Source: Octopus sinensis (Eukaryota). Taken from it: DNA of 13,226 bases. Position 1 is the stretch's first letter; each line of letters opens with the position of its first letter. The position numbers and the translations under genes are program-made. Shown one piece after another: positions 1 through 8,661 of the stretch. The stretch is from the NCBI RefSeq assembly GCF_006345805.1, contig NW_021826322.1, forward strand, positions 1 to 13,226, in the 5' to 3' direction. The notes under the pieces are model-generated. The model was not told where the DNA came from. It saw nothing but the letters and a program-made list of their open reading frames with translations, and made no database searches.

Positions 1-19
1 TTATCGCTATCCTCATCAT

Positions 20-165
20 CGCCATTATTATTATTATCATTGTTGTTATTATTTTCTTTATTAGTATTGTTGTTTTCGTATTTATTATTATTATGTTGGT
101 CATCATCATCCTTATCATTTTCATCATCATCATCATCTTCATTATCATTATCATTATTATACAAA
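20..165. repeat. Degenerate (TTA)n/(TCA)n trinucleotide tract
   Basis: Runs of tta/tca/ttg triplets read directly. Confidence 0.9.
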
Positions 166-459
166 ATATTCATAATTTACAATTAGATGATGGATGACAA
201 AAACAATTAAACAAAAGGGGAAGTCGGCAAGCAACAAAACGGGAAAAGAATCAGACGCCCTCTCTCTCTCACACACATCCACCAAAACACTTAGATGAAC
301 TAGAAAAACAGCAACTAATACAATTTCAAAAAGTTTTTAAAAAAGGATGAAATTCGCCAAGAAATTGAAAATCAAAAAAAAATATCAACGCAAGTATTAA
401 AAAAAATGCACAAAGATAAAAATAAAATAATTATAAGATGGGAGAGAAAAGAGACAATA

Positions 460-460
<1 letters not shown>

Positions 461-519
<59 letters not shown>

Positions 520-552
520 TGATGATGATGATGATGAGGAGGAGGAGGAGGA
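461..552. repeat. Compound microsatellite (AAT)n-(GAT)n-(GAG)n
   Basis: Read directly. Confidence 0.95.
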
Positions 553-709
553 TATAGCTTTTACAGTAACAAGCTATGTTTTATCAATGATGTTGGTCAT
601 AAAAATTAAGAAGTAAGATTTAAAAGGAGCCAACTCGAACTGGAGTTTGAATCGTCTTAATGTCGTGCCAAATTTAACAAACTTTAAGTGTCTAACAAAC
701 AAACAAAAA

Positions 710-711
<2 letters not shown>

Positions 712-758
<47 letters not shown>

Positions 759-973
759 TAATAATAATAATAATAATAATAAGAAGAAGAAGAAGAAGGA
801 GGAGGAGGAGAAGAAGAATGATAATAATGACAATGATGATTGTGATGATGATGATGATGATGATGATAATTAGTAATAACTATAATAATAATGATGATAG
901 TAAGAATAATGTTAACATTGAAAATAATAAGCATAATGATAATAATAACAACAACAACAACAACAACAACAAC

Positions 974-1027
<54 letters not shown>
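712..1027. repeat. Compound microsatellite (AAT)n/(AAG)n/(GAG)n/(GAT)n/(AAC)n
   Basis: Read directly; explains the poly-I/N/R/M ORFs at 647-1042. Confidence 0.95.
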
Positions 1028-1029
<2 letters not shown>

Positions 1030-1206
1030 AATGTGCCAATAAGTACTATTTTATTTGACAGAAAATTAAATTAAGTTATGGACAATGTGTTTAAAAACTA
1101 ATTAGAACTGCGCTGCCTTGGTTGTTGGTTTTTGCTTGTATCTGCTTTTGTTTTCTTTATAGTTCTTTACGAAATGAAGCTTCATTATTTGTCCTATGTT
1201 AAAAAT

Positions 1207-1207
1207 T

Positions 1208-1249
<42 letters not shown>

Positions 1250-1295
1250 TGTGATGAAGACGACGATGATGAGGGGATCAGGGCGTCGGTGGCAG

Positions 1296-1328
<33 letters not shown>

Positions 1329-1500
1329 CGATGAGGATGAGGATGACTATGACGATGATGATGATAAGGACGATGACGATGAGCATGAGGAGAATGAGGG
1401 GAATGAGGAGAAAGAAGAAGAGAAGAAGAAGAAGAAGAAGAAGAGAAGAAGAAGAAGAAGAAGAAGGAGGATGAGGATGAGGAGGATGAGGGGGAGGAAG
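1207..1500. repeat. Compound microsatellite (AAT)n/(GAT)n/(GAA)n/(GAG)n
   Basis: Read directly; explains the ORFs at 1102-1585. Confidence 0.95.
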
Positions 1501-1874
1501 AGTTGATAACAAGTTTATTAGTTCCGTCAAGAGAAATTCCGGAATACATAAACACTCTCATTGCAACATGGCAAAAAACAAACAAAGCATGTAGACAGCA
1601 GATGAAAATATATGATATGCGTCTTCATTAAACAATCACATAGATCTCAAAGTGAAATAAAACAACTTTGTAGAGTGCAAGTGATGGCAGGATACCGTAC
1701 ATATGTAAGTACTAAATTCAATTTGTGACCACGGATCCGACTCATCAGTGGACCTTGGTTTGGCGTAATTATAGAACAGTTAACACGAGTGACGTTAAAA
1801 ACTTACGACAGCTGTTTCAGTACAATTTTATTTAATGTAAAATATAACATCATAATATATCGTCTACCATCATA

Positions 1875-1911
1875 GACGCAGGAGTGGCTGTGTGGTAAGT
1901 AGCTTGCTTAC
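1875..1911 (+). mobile_element. 5' piece of a tRNA-derived SINE (called family A here), cut by the 1912-4199 insertion
   Basis: gacgcaggagtggctgtgtggtaagtagcttgcttac matches the start of the uninterrupted copy at 5883 (ggagtggctgtgtggtgagtagcttgtttac); contains the A-box-like tggctgtgtgg. The SINE resumes at 4200. Confidence 0.9.
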
Positions 1912-2020
1912 AGGTTGCTTCTGCGCATGTGCAAGTCTGTGTTGTGCTTGACACCGAAGATGTAAGACGTGTTTTTGAAAGCCGTCTTAAATTGAAGAAT
2001 TTTGAATACTCAGCCGTAAG

Positions 2021-2565
2021 GTAAGAATTTTGGGGGTCTAGTGGGGACCTGTTGTATGTTGCAAATTATTTTTACAAGCAACAAGTCCTCACTAGGCTCT
2101 AGTCTGCCGGAGGCTGAGTGAAAAAAATTATTCACTTAATTGTGAAAATTATTGGTTTGGTTGGCTTATCCTGCCAAACTTTTGTTTGAAAATAGTGTTG
2201 TTCCTGTTAAGAAGTACCTAGAAGAAATTTGGAATGTTTTTTTTAACTGTTTTACAGTTGTGTTAAATTTTGGCCGTAACGGTGAATTAAGAATTTTGTT
2301 TGAGAATTCTTCTTGTGAATTCTAGTGGGCGTATCTCGCCCCCACCAAAAAAATAAGAATAAGCCATTTGGATTACCTTTTTGGAGTATTACACAAAGGA
2401 TTCCCTGTCTGTGCTATTTGTAAGATTTTTCTTTTACTTTTCCCTTCTTCTATTATTTCTTTCTTTCTAAAAATGTTTGGTTCATTCTTTTCATTACTTT
2501 AATTCCAGTTTCCTCCCCTCCCCTTTAATTTGTTTTATTTTTATTTGGTTTAATTTTCTTGGCAG
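2021..2565 (+). other. Putative spliceosomal intron in the 5' UTR of the ORF1-only element
   Basis: Donor AAG|GTAAGA at 2021; pyrimidine-rich stretch ~2425-2560 ending ttttcttggcag| at 2565; ATG follows at 2602. No transcript evidence. Confidence 0.5.
2033..2100 (+). other. 68-nt RNA stem-loop in the element leader
   Basis: 2033-2054 pairs with 2079-2100 at 21 of 22 positions (4 G-U pairs, one C-A mismatch); short inner stem ttgcaaa/tttacaa. Confidence 0.65.
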
Positions 2566-2601
2566 ACTGTCTTTTGAACTACTTTTGAACTGTTTTTTGA
2601 C

Positions 2602-3874
2602 ATGGCAGAGAAGGAACTTAAAAAGAAAAACTCTGTCTTAGAGTGGGAAATTAACCCGCCTAAGCAATGGTTAAAAGATATGGAAGAGAAGACGATGGTA
2701 CTTAGAACATATTCTAAAGTTCTTAATTCCATCACCGTCTTTCCAAAACAAGTCATAAAAAATGAACTTAAAGAACATTTGTCCTCTGTAAAATATATAT
2801 CCCGTGGTGTCAAACATGCAACCGTATGGTTGCTGTTTGACAACGGGGAAAAAGCTCGCCAGTTTGCGAGTCAGCCTTTAGAAGGCAAGGAAATCCTGTT
2901 TCTCCCGTCATATTGTGGAAGAAAATTAATACGAGCTTGGATATGTGGGCTCCCCCCGAGCACCGAAGCGGATTGGATTGAAGATACCATCCGACGGGGA
3001 CTGGGAGATGGCGGGCCCAGTCTCTTAAATGTAAGAGTATTACCGGCGGTCGATTGGGAAGGGTCAAAAGCGATTTTGACCCTGTGGACCCCATCGGCAG
3101 CAAAAAGAACTGGTTTTTCCAAATTTCTTGAAAATGGCTGGCTACAGGTATCCGGTGATACTTGAGGGACGTCCTCCAAAGTGTCACTCGTGCCTGCAGC
3201 CAGGCCACATTAAAAGGAACTACCCAGGACCATGGTAAGGTCCTGGAACAGTCACCAGATGCCACCTCCCCTACCCGGTCAAGGGAGAGGTGGATGTAGT
3301 CGAGGAGGCTTCAGCTTCCTCAACTCAAAAAGGATTAAAAAGGAAGAAGGCGGGCAACAATAGTTGCACGCCGAAGGAACCTAGGGCTTCGGGAGGCGGG
3401 GGAGAGTCTCCGGACAAAGCGGAAGGGCTCCACTCTCCCGAAGCCAGGAAGAAAAGAAAAAAAAGAAAGAAGAAGAACGGGTCATCTCAGCAGGGAGATG
3501 ATGTGCCGACTGCATGTCCCGAAGTTGTGCCACCCATGGTGGAAGAAACCACCCCCACCCTTAAAGATGATCAATTAATTATCTTTTTCTACAAGGGCGG
3601 GGAGGTGGAAAAAATAGTAGAAGAACTTAAAGAAACAGTAGATATGCCCTTCACACGGGATCCCGAATGGCCTCCGCAGATAGCTGTGGAGGTCATAAGG
3701 TTACCCTTGTGGGAAAGGCTTAAAGGATTTGGGGAGGAGTGTCGCATATGGCCGGGTGGCCCTTACACGACTTACATGTCCTACATGAGTGAGGCATGAG
3801 AAATGGCGGGATACAGGAACTCAAGCGGCATTGAAGATAATGATGAATATATCGATGGATATATCGAAGAGTAG
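2602..3874 (+). pseudogene. Decayed gag/ORF1-like nucleic-acid-binding protein (RRM-like N-terminus, CCHC knuckle, basic segment, C-terminal domain), ~420 aa reconstructed
   Basis: Frame 1 from ATG 2602 (KTMVLRTYSK...VWLLFDNGEKARQF...RAWICGLPP). A +1 shift near 3080-3110 leads to frame 2: FPNFLKMAGYRYPVILEGRPPK-CHSCLQPGHIKRNY (3182-3223, CX2CX4HX4 with the last Cys as TAC, one transition from TGC). In-frame TAA at 3236, then the 3290-3799 ORF in the same frame, TGA at 3797, and 24 further in-frame codons to TAG 3872-3874. Confidence 0.8.
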
Positions 3875-4199
3875 GAGGCGAAAGACCCTCGTTACAGAGT
3901 TTGAAACTTCACCTTATTGGACTATTTTGTAGTGGTTTATAACCTCAATTTTGTGTTTTAAGAAAGAAAATAGAAAATATGTTAAGTAAGAGGTTTTAGT
4001 GCCTCCTCCTTGTAAAAGGTTCGAAATCTTATATTGATTTAAAAAAAAAAAAAAAGAAAATATGTTTTCGAAAAAAATCCAATCGGCGGGTGTTGGGTTT
4101 CGTCTCTCATTTATTCATTATAATTCATTTTCATTCATTAATGTGATTGTCCAGCCCGCAAAGCTCTTTGTACTGTCTATATGACAAATTTATGAAATA

Positions 4200-4486
4200 A
4201 AGTAGCTTGTTTACCAACCACATGGTTCCGAGTTCAGTCCCACTGCGTGGCACATTGAGCTAGAATCTTCTACTTTAGCCTCGGTCCGACCAAAGCCTTG
4301 TGAGTGGATTTGGTAGACGGAAACTGAAAGAAGCCCGTCGTATATATGTATATATATATATATATACAAATTGAGATAGGGGTTGTAAATGCAACCCTCC
4401 ATGGGATAACATATATCCAATATACTGTAGTGAAGTACCCAACAAGTTAATACAATTTGTTTAGATGTATTTTCTCATGTTTTATT

Positions 4487-4535
<49 letters not shown>

Positions 4536-4790
4536 TATATATATATATAATTATATATATAGATGCGTGTGTGTGTTTCTGTGTCTGTGTTTGTCCCCCT
4601 AGCATTGCTTGACACCGATGCTGGGTGTTTATGTACCCGTTACTTAGCGGATCGGCAAAAAGAGACGGATAGAATAAGTACTGGGCTTACAAAAGAAAAA
4701 GTCCCGGGGTCGAGATGCTCTATTAAAAAGGCGGTGCTCCAGCATAGCCGCAGTCAAATGACTGAAACAAGTAAAAGAGAAAGAGAGAGA
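4200..4790 (+). mobile_element. Remainder of the interrupted family A SINE (B box, body, central TA/TG tract, 3' domain)
   Basis: Collinear with 5900-6354: gagttcagtccc B-box-like, gtgagtggatttggtagacggaaactgaaagaagcccgtcg, 3' end gcagtcaaatgactgaaacaagtaaaagag. Confidence 0.92.
4367..4488. mobile_element. 122-bp unique segment inside the SINE's central (TA)n tract, unclassified (possibly a Penelope-like terminal fragment)
   Basis: Flanked by (TA)n on both sides and absent from the other family A copies; the class is a guess. Confidence 0.45.
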
Positions 4791-5129
4791 TAGGGTAAAC
4801 TTTTAAACACAGATATTAAGCGGCCGATCTGGACACACACATATGAGATTGGAATAATGTAGGAGATTCATATAAAATCTTTCTTATGGTATCATTAATT
4901 GCATAATTTTTATACGGATTCCATTAACGTCTTAGAGTACGCTTTGCAGTTATTGTTACATCGATCATTGCGTCGTCAACATCAAACGTCTGATCTTGAG
5001 GAGGAAATAGTAAATTAATTGATTGTTAATTACCAAAATGAGTTGTTAGGTAGAGCTAAATATGAACTGCGAGTACATTTAGTAGGCCATTCTCCATATA
5101 GATGTCAAAAGAGGAATTATATATATATA

Positions 5130-5169
<40 letters not shown>

Positions 5170-5180
5170 TTTGTGTGTGT

Positions 5181-5487
5181 GGAGGCGCAATGGCCCAGTG
5201 GTTAGGGCAGCGGACTCGTGGTCGTAGGATCGCGGTTTCGATTCCCAGACCGGGCGTTGTGTGTGTTTATTGAGCGAAAACACCTAAAGCTCCACGAGGC
5301 TATGGCAGGGGTTGGTGGCGATTCCTGCTGTACTCTTTCGCCGCAACGTTCTCTCACTCTTTCTTCTGTTGGCCTGCTCGCTTAGCCAGCGGGGAGGCGT
5401 CACTTGAAGGCTTAAACAATGCGAAGCGCATTGTAACCAGCGATGTGTAGAAACATCTGATAGACTGGCCGTTCACATGATAACTTG
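5181..5487 (+). mobile_element. tRNA-derived SINE (family B) embedded in a microsatellite
   Basis: A box tggcccagtgg (5191-5201), B-box-like ggtttcgattcc (5234-5245), then a ~240-nt non-tRNA body ending in (TA)n. May correspond to the tRNA-Arg-derived octopus OR families (not verified). Confidence 0.8.
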
Positions 5488-5533
5488 ATATATATATATA
5501 TACATACACATACATACACACACATATTAATTT

Positions 5534-5762
5534 TACGAGAGGGTGCTGAAAAGTTCCTGGCTTTGGTGAAAACAAAATACCTGAAAATCAGTTAATTATG
5601 ATTATATTTCGCATGTTCCCCTGTCAGGTTAACACACTTATTGCATCGGTGCTTCCGTTTTTACCAGCCCTGTAATAGAATTCGGAGGGTTGGGCCACCG
5701 ACCAGGCTTTCGCGATACTCTTAAAGCCAGAAATCTTTTCATCATTCCCCCGCCCCCTCGTA
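5534..5762. mobile_element. Tc1/mariner-type MITE with TA target duplication
   Basis: Left end TA-cgagagggtgctgaaaagttcctggcttt; right end aaagccagaaatcttttcatca[ttcccccg]ccccctcg-TA is its imperfect reverse complement with an 8-nt insertion; no transposase. Confidence 0.8.
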
Positions 5763-5882
5763 CATTAACAGAGAGATAAAGAAACAAAGAAAAGCGTGGG
5801 GGGTGTATAAGCGTCTTCAGGTTGTCTGTGGTTAAGAACTTATTCGACAACTAAACAATCATAGTTCAAAGAAATTTCCAAA

Positions 5883-6354
5883 GGAGTGGCTGTGTGGTGA
5901 GTAGCTTGTTTACCAGCCACATGGTTCCGGGTTCAGTCCCACTGCGTGGCACCCTGGGCAAGTGTCTCTTACTATAGCCTCGGGCCGACCAAACTCTTGT
6001 GAGTGGATTTGGTAGACGGAAACTGAAAGAAGCCCGTCGTATATATGTATATATATATATATGTAAACAGTAAAAATAAATACAGACATGGACAAGAACA
6101 TGAAACACCAAAGAGACGACACAAGAACCGCAGGACATGCGTGTGTGTGTTTGTCCCCCCTAGCCTTGCTTGACAACCGATGCTGGTGTGTTTATGTCCC
6201 CGTTACCTAGCGGTTCAGCAAAAAGAGACCGATAGAATAAGTACTGGGCTTACAAAAGAATAAGTCCCGGGGTCGAGTTGCTTTATTAAAAAGGCGGTGC
6301 TGCAGCATGGCCGCAGTCAAATGACTGAAACAAGTAAAAGAGTAAAAGAGTAAA
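5883..6354 (+). mobile_element. Full-length family A SINE
   Basis: tRNA-like head (tggctgtgtgg, gggttcagtccc), body, central TA/TG tract, 3' (gtaaaaga)n tail; high identity to 1875-1911 plus 4200-4790. Confidence 0.93.
6065..6136. other. 72-bp unique A-rich segment inside the central tract of the second family A SINE
   Basis: Lies between (TA)n and (TG)n; unrelated to the insert at 4367-4488. Confidence 0.5.
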
Positions 6355-6597
6355 CGATGATAAAAAGCTTCGAATTTTAGAAGCGGATCAAAAAGAAAAG
6401 AAAACTGAACAGTACGTACTTATTTAGTTGCGCAGATATTTTAGTATACATATAAGCAACTATACACAAGACAGAGTGAGTCCAAATACAGCACCGGTTG
6501 TCAAACGGAAACTAATTTTTAGTCATATTCCTGGACGTTATTCCGAATGGCCGTTCTCTCACTGCCTCTTCCTGTCAAATGCGCATGCTCTTTACAT

Positions 6598-6830
6598 CTA
6601 TTTCTTTATTGCCCACAAGGGGCTAAACATAGAGGGGACAAACATGGACAGACATAGTTATTAAGTCGATTATATCGACCCCAGTGCGTAACTGGTACTT
6701 AATTTATCGACCCCGAGAGGATGAAAGACATAGTCGACCTCGGCGGAATTTGAACTCACAACGTAACGACAGACGAAATACGGCTACGCATTTCGCCCGG
6801 CGTGCTAACGTTTCTGCCAGCTCACCGCCT
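6598..6830 (-). mobile_element. SINE (family C)
   Basis: Reverse complement of 8968-9187 nearly end to end; B-box-like gagttcaaattcc. Confidence 0.9.
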
Positions 6831-6985
6831 TTGTATCAACGTTATTTGCATAAGAGTATGTAAATATATATATATATGTGTATGTATATGTATGTGTGTA
6901 TAAGTATTGTGTGTGTGTGTGCGTACAACGTGCTTTCCCTCAATTTCCTCCTAACAGATTAACTCGCATACCCTTGGTCTGGCAT

Positions 6986-7061
6986 AGGTACCGTTCTGTG
7001 GGACTGAACCCGAACTCATACTGTTTCAAAACCAGCTTCCAAACCACACATCCGGCCTTGC
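6986..7061 (-). mobile_element. Diverged tRNA-head fragment related to family A
   Basis: Reverse complement reads ggatgtgtggtttggaagctggtt...gttcgggttcagtcccac, alignable to the family A head. Confidence 0.6.
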
Positions 7062-7708
7062 ATCTAAGTGTGTGTGTGTGTGCGTGCGCGCGCGGGCATT
7101 TGTGCGTATGTGTGTGTGTGTGTGTGTGCGTGTAGGCATGCTCGCATCGTCTATTTAGGAATTTAGGTATGCATTTAAGCGTCTATATCGATATGTGTCT
7201 ATGTGTGTGTATATGTGTGCGCCTGTGTGTTTGTGCGTGTGCCTGTGTGTGCATGTGTGTGTGTGTGTGTTTGCATGTGTGTGTGTGTGTGAGTGTGTGT
7301 GTGTGTGTGTAATCCTAGAAACTCACTCATCTCATGGGGTTCCTATGATGGAAGTATATTGCGTACGATCAAATGATAAAATATACAAGATAGTTAATTT
7401 CTCGGTTCTTGTTGTTATTGCAGCTGTCTTGATTCATTCAGATTGGAACAGAATATCATTCGATCTTGTAGATAAATTTTAAATTTAAATTTAAATAGAT
7501 AATCTCCTGTCATTATTAATTTTTGTGTGTGTACAATATTTTTATGAATATCTAAATTGGACTTCTTATAGGAAAATAAGTTAACCCATTCTTCATTTAT
7601 TTATTTTGAACATTTATCTAACTCAACTACGAAAAGCTTATTTAATAATCTTGCCAGTGCGAGTAATGCCCTTTTTAAGAAGGCCTCTTTCATTCATTGT
7701 TCGTTTAT

Positions 7709-8107
7709 TTCATTTACCTGTTTCAGTCATTAGATTGTGACCATGTTGGAGCAACACCTTGAAGGATTTTTGTGGGCCGAATCGGCCCCAGAGTTTAGTA
7801 TTTTTTGCGAAGCCTGGTACTTATCCTATCGGTCTTTTGTGGAACCGCTAGGTTACGGGGACTTAAGCACACCAACACCGGTTGTCAAGCGATGGTGGTA
7901 GACACACACGTATATATTGCATATATATGCGCGTATGCGTGTGTGTGTGTGTATGTGTGTGTGTGTGAAGTATGTATGTATATACACATAGGTCGGGTTT
8001 CTTTCAGTTTCTCTCTACCAAATCCATTCACAAAGCGTGGAAGGTGCCACGCAGAGGCACAGAACCCGGAAGCATGTGGCTTAGAAGAAAACTTTTAACC
8101 ACATAAC
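7709..8107 (-). mobile_element. Older, diverged family A-related SINE with an internal deletion
   Basis: tgtttcagtcat, cctatcggtctttt, accggttgtcaagc, tttctttcagtttc, ctaccaaatccattcacaaagc and gtgccacgcag are reverse complements of family A landmarks, in order. Confidence 0.85.
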
Positions 8108-8354
8108 AACGCGTATTTTGTAAATATTTTCACATAAACTGTAAACAGGAAGTGAATTTTGAAGTACAATGTTTATTAAAACAAACTAAACAGCGACGTA
8201 TTCTTTCTCATTGTCACTAATGCCGTCATACTCTTAAGAAGTATAGCATTCTAGAAGATATTTCTATTTTTCAGATTTTGTTTTTCAATTGCTACTGTAT
8301 ACAGAGACACAACATTATATTCCTAACGCTATTGATATAAGTACCAAATCCAAT

Positions 8355-8583
8355 TTAACCCTTTAGTGTTTGCATTATTCTGCCAAAATTAATGCCTTTT
8401 AATCCACATTGTTTTGTACTAATCAAGTATTATCTTGTAGCTATGAGATTTTGATGAGGTAGCTGTTAATTTTTAAAACGATATTGTAGGGTTGGTGTGA
8501 GAGACCAGATCTCACCAGTTTGAACATAAAACAGGCAGAATACTTTTGGCCGGATATGGCCTGTTTAAATGCTAAAGGGTTAA
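8355..8583. mobile_element. piggyBac-type MITE (TTAA target duplication, CCC termini)
   Basis: TTAA-ccctttagtgttt ... aaatgctaaaggg-TTAA (TIR 11/13); subterminal inverted attctgcc/ggcagaat; 221 bp between the TTAA copies. Confidence 0.8.
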
Positions 8584-8661
8584 ACCGTAAATCCGATTCA
8601 GGGTTGATTCTAGGTGCGGCGTTGGTTTAAAAAAAGAACACAAGTAGGGTTTTAAAAAGAA

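Larger units (their letters stand above)
1912..4199 (+). mobile_element. Non-autonomous, ORF1-only non-LTR retroelement (L1/Tx1-type, HAL1-like architecture)
   Basis: Bounded by a 15-bp direct repeat, aagtagcttgcttac (1897-1911) and aagtagcttgtttac (4200-4214), 1 mismatch; this sequence occurs once in the intact SINE copy. Contains one gag/ORF1-like frame, an AT-rich 3' region, A15 at 4041-4055 and AATAAA at 4196-4201. No TIRs, LTRs or RT motifs seen. Confidence 0.8.

Noticed and set aside
175-462. Peptide-like stretch (HLDELEKQQLIQFQKVFKKG*, EIRQEIENQKKISTQVLKKMHKDKNKIIIR) faintly like a PLE or R4 ORF N-terminus
   Set aside because: A-rich composition produces K/E/Q/N-rich text by chance; no diagnostic motif.
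647-1585. Six long ORFs rich in poly-I/N/S/M/H/R
   Set aside because: They are open only because AAT/GAT/GAA repeats lack stops in some frames; open on both strands with no domain content.
1716-1760. Minus-strand ccaCTGATGAgtc resembling the PLE hammerhead start
   Set aside because: No matching gac-GAAA half and no complete stem II or III; at most a decayed remnant.
2550-3265. Three minus-strand ORFs overlapping ORF1
   Set aside because: Antisense shadows of the + strand coding relic with no motifs of their own.
3131-3817. MAGYR occurs twice in the reconstructed ORF1 (3134 and 3803)
   Set aside because: Five residues with different codons and no extended similarity; treated as coincidence.
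5181-5255. Possible tRNA gene
   Set aside because: A and B boxes are present but acceptor and anticodon stems do not close properly, and it runs into a SINE body ending in (TA)n.
1120-7480. Isolated acceptor-like sites (1163, ~4948, ~7422) suggesting host exons
   Set aside because: No convincing downstream donor or recognisable peptide; such sites are common in AT-rich DNA. The window could still lie inside a large intron.
4211-8098. Short ORFs across the SINEs and TG repeats
   Set aside because: All lie within multicopy SINE or microsatellite sequence; similar peptides recur only because the repeats recur.
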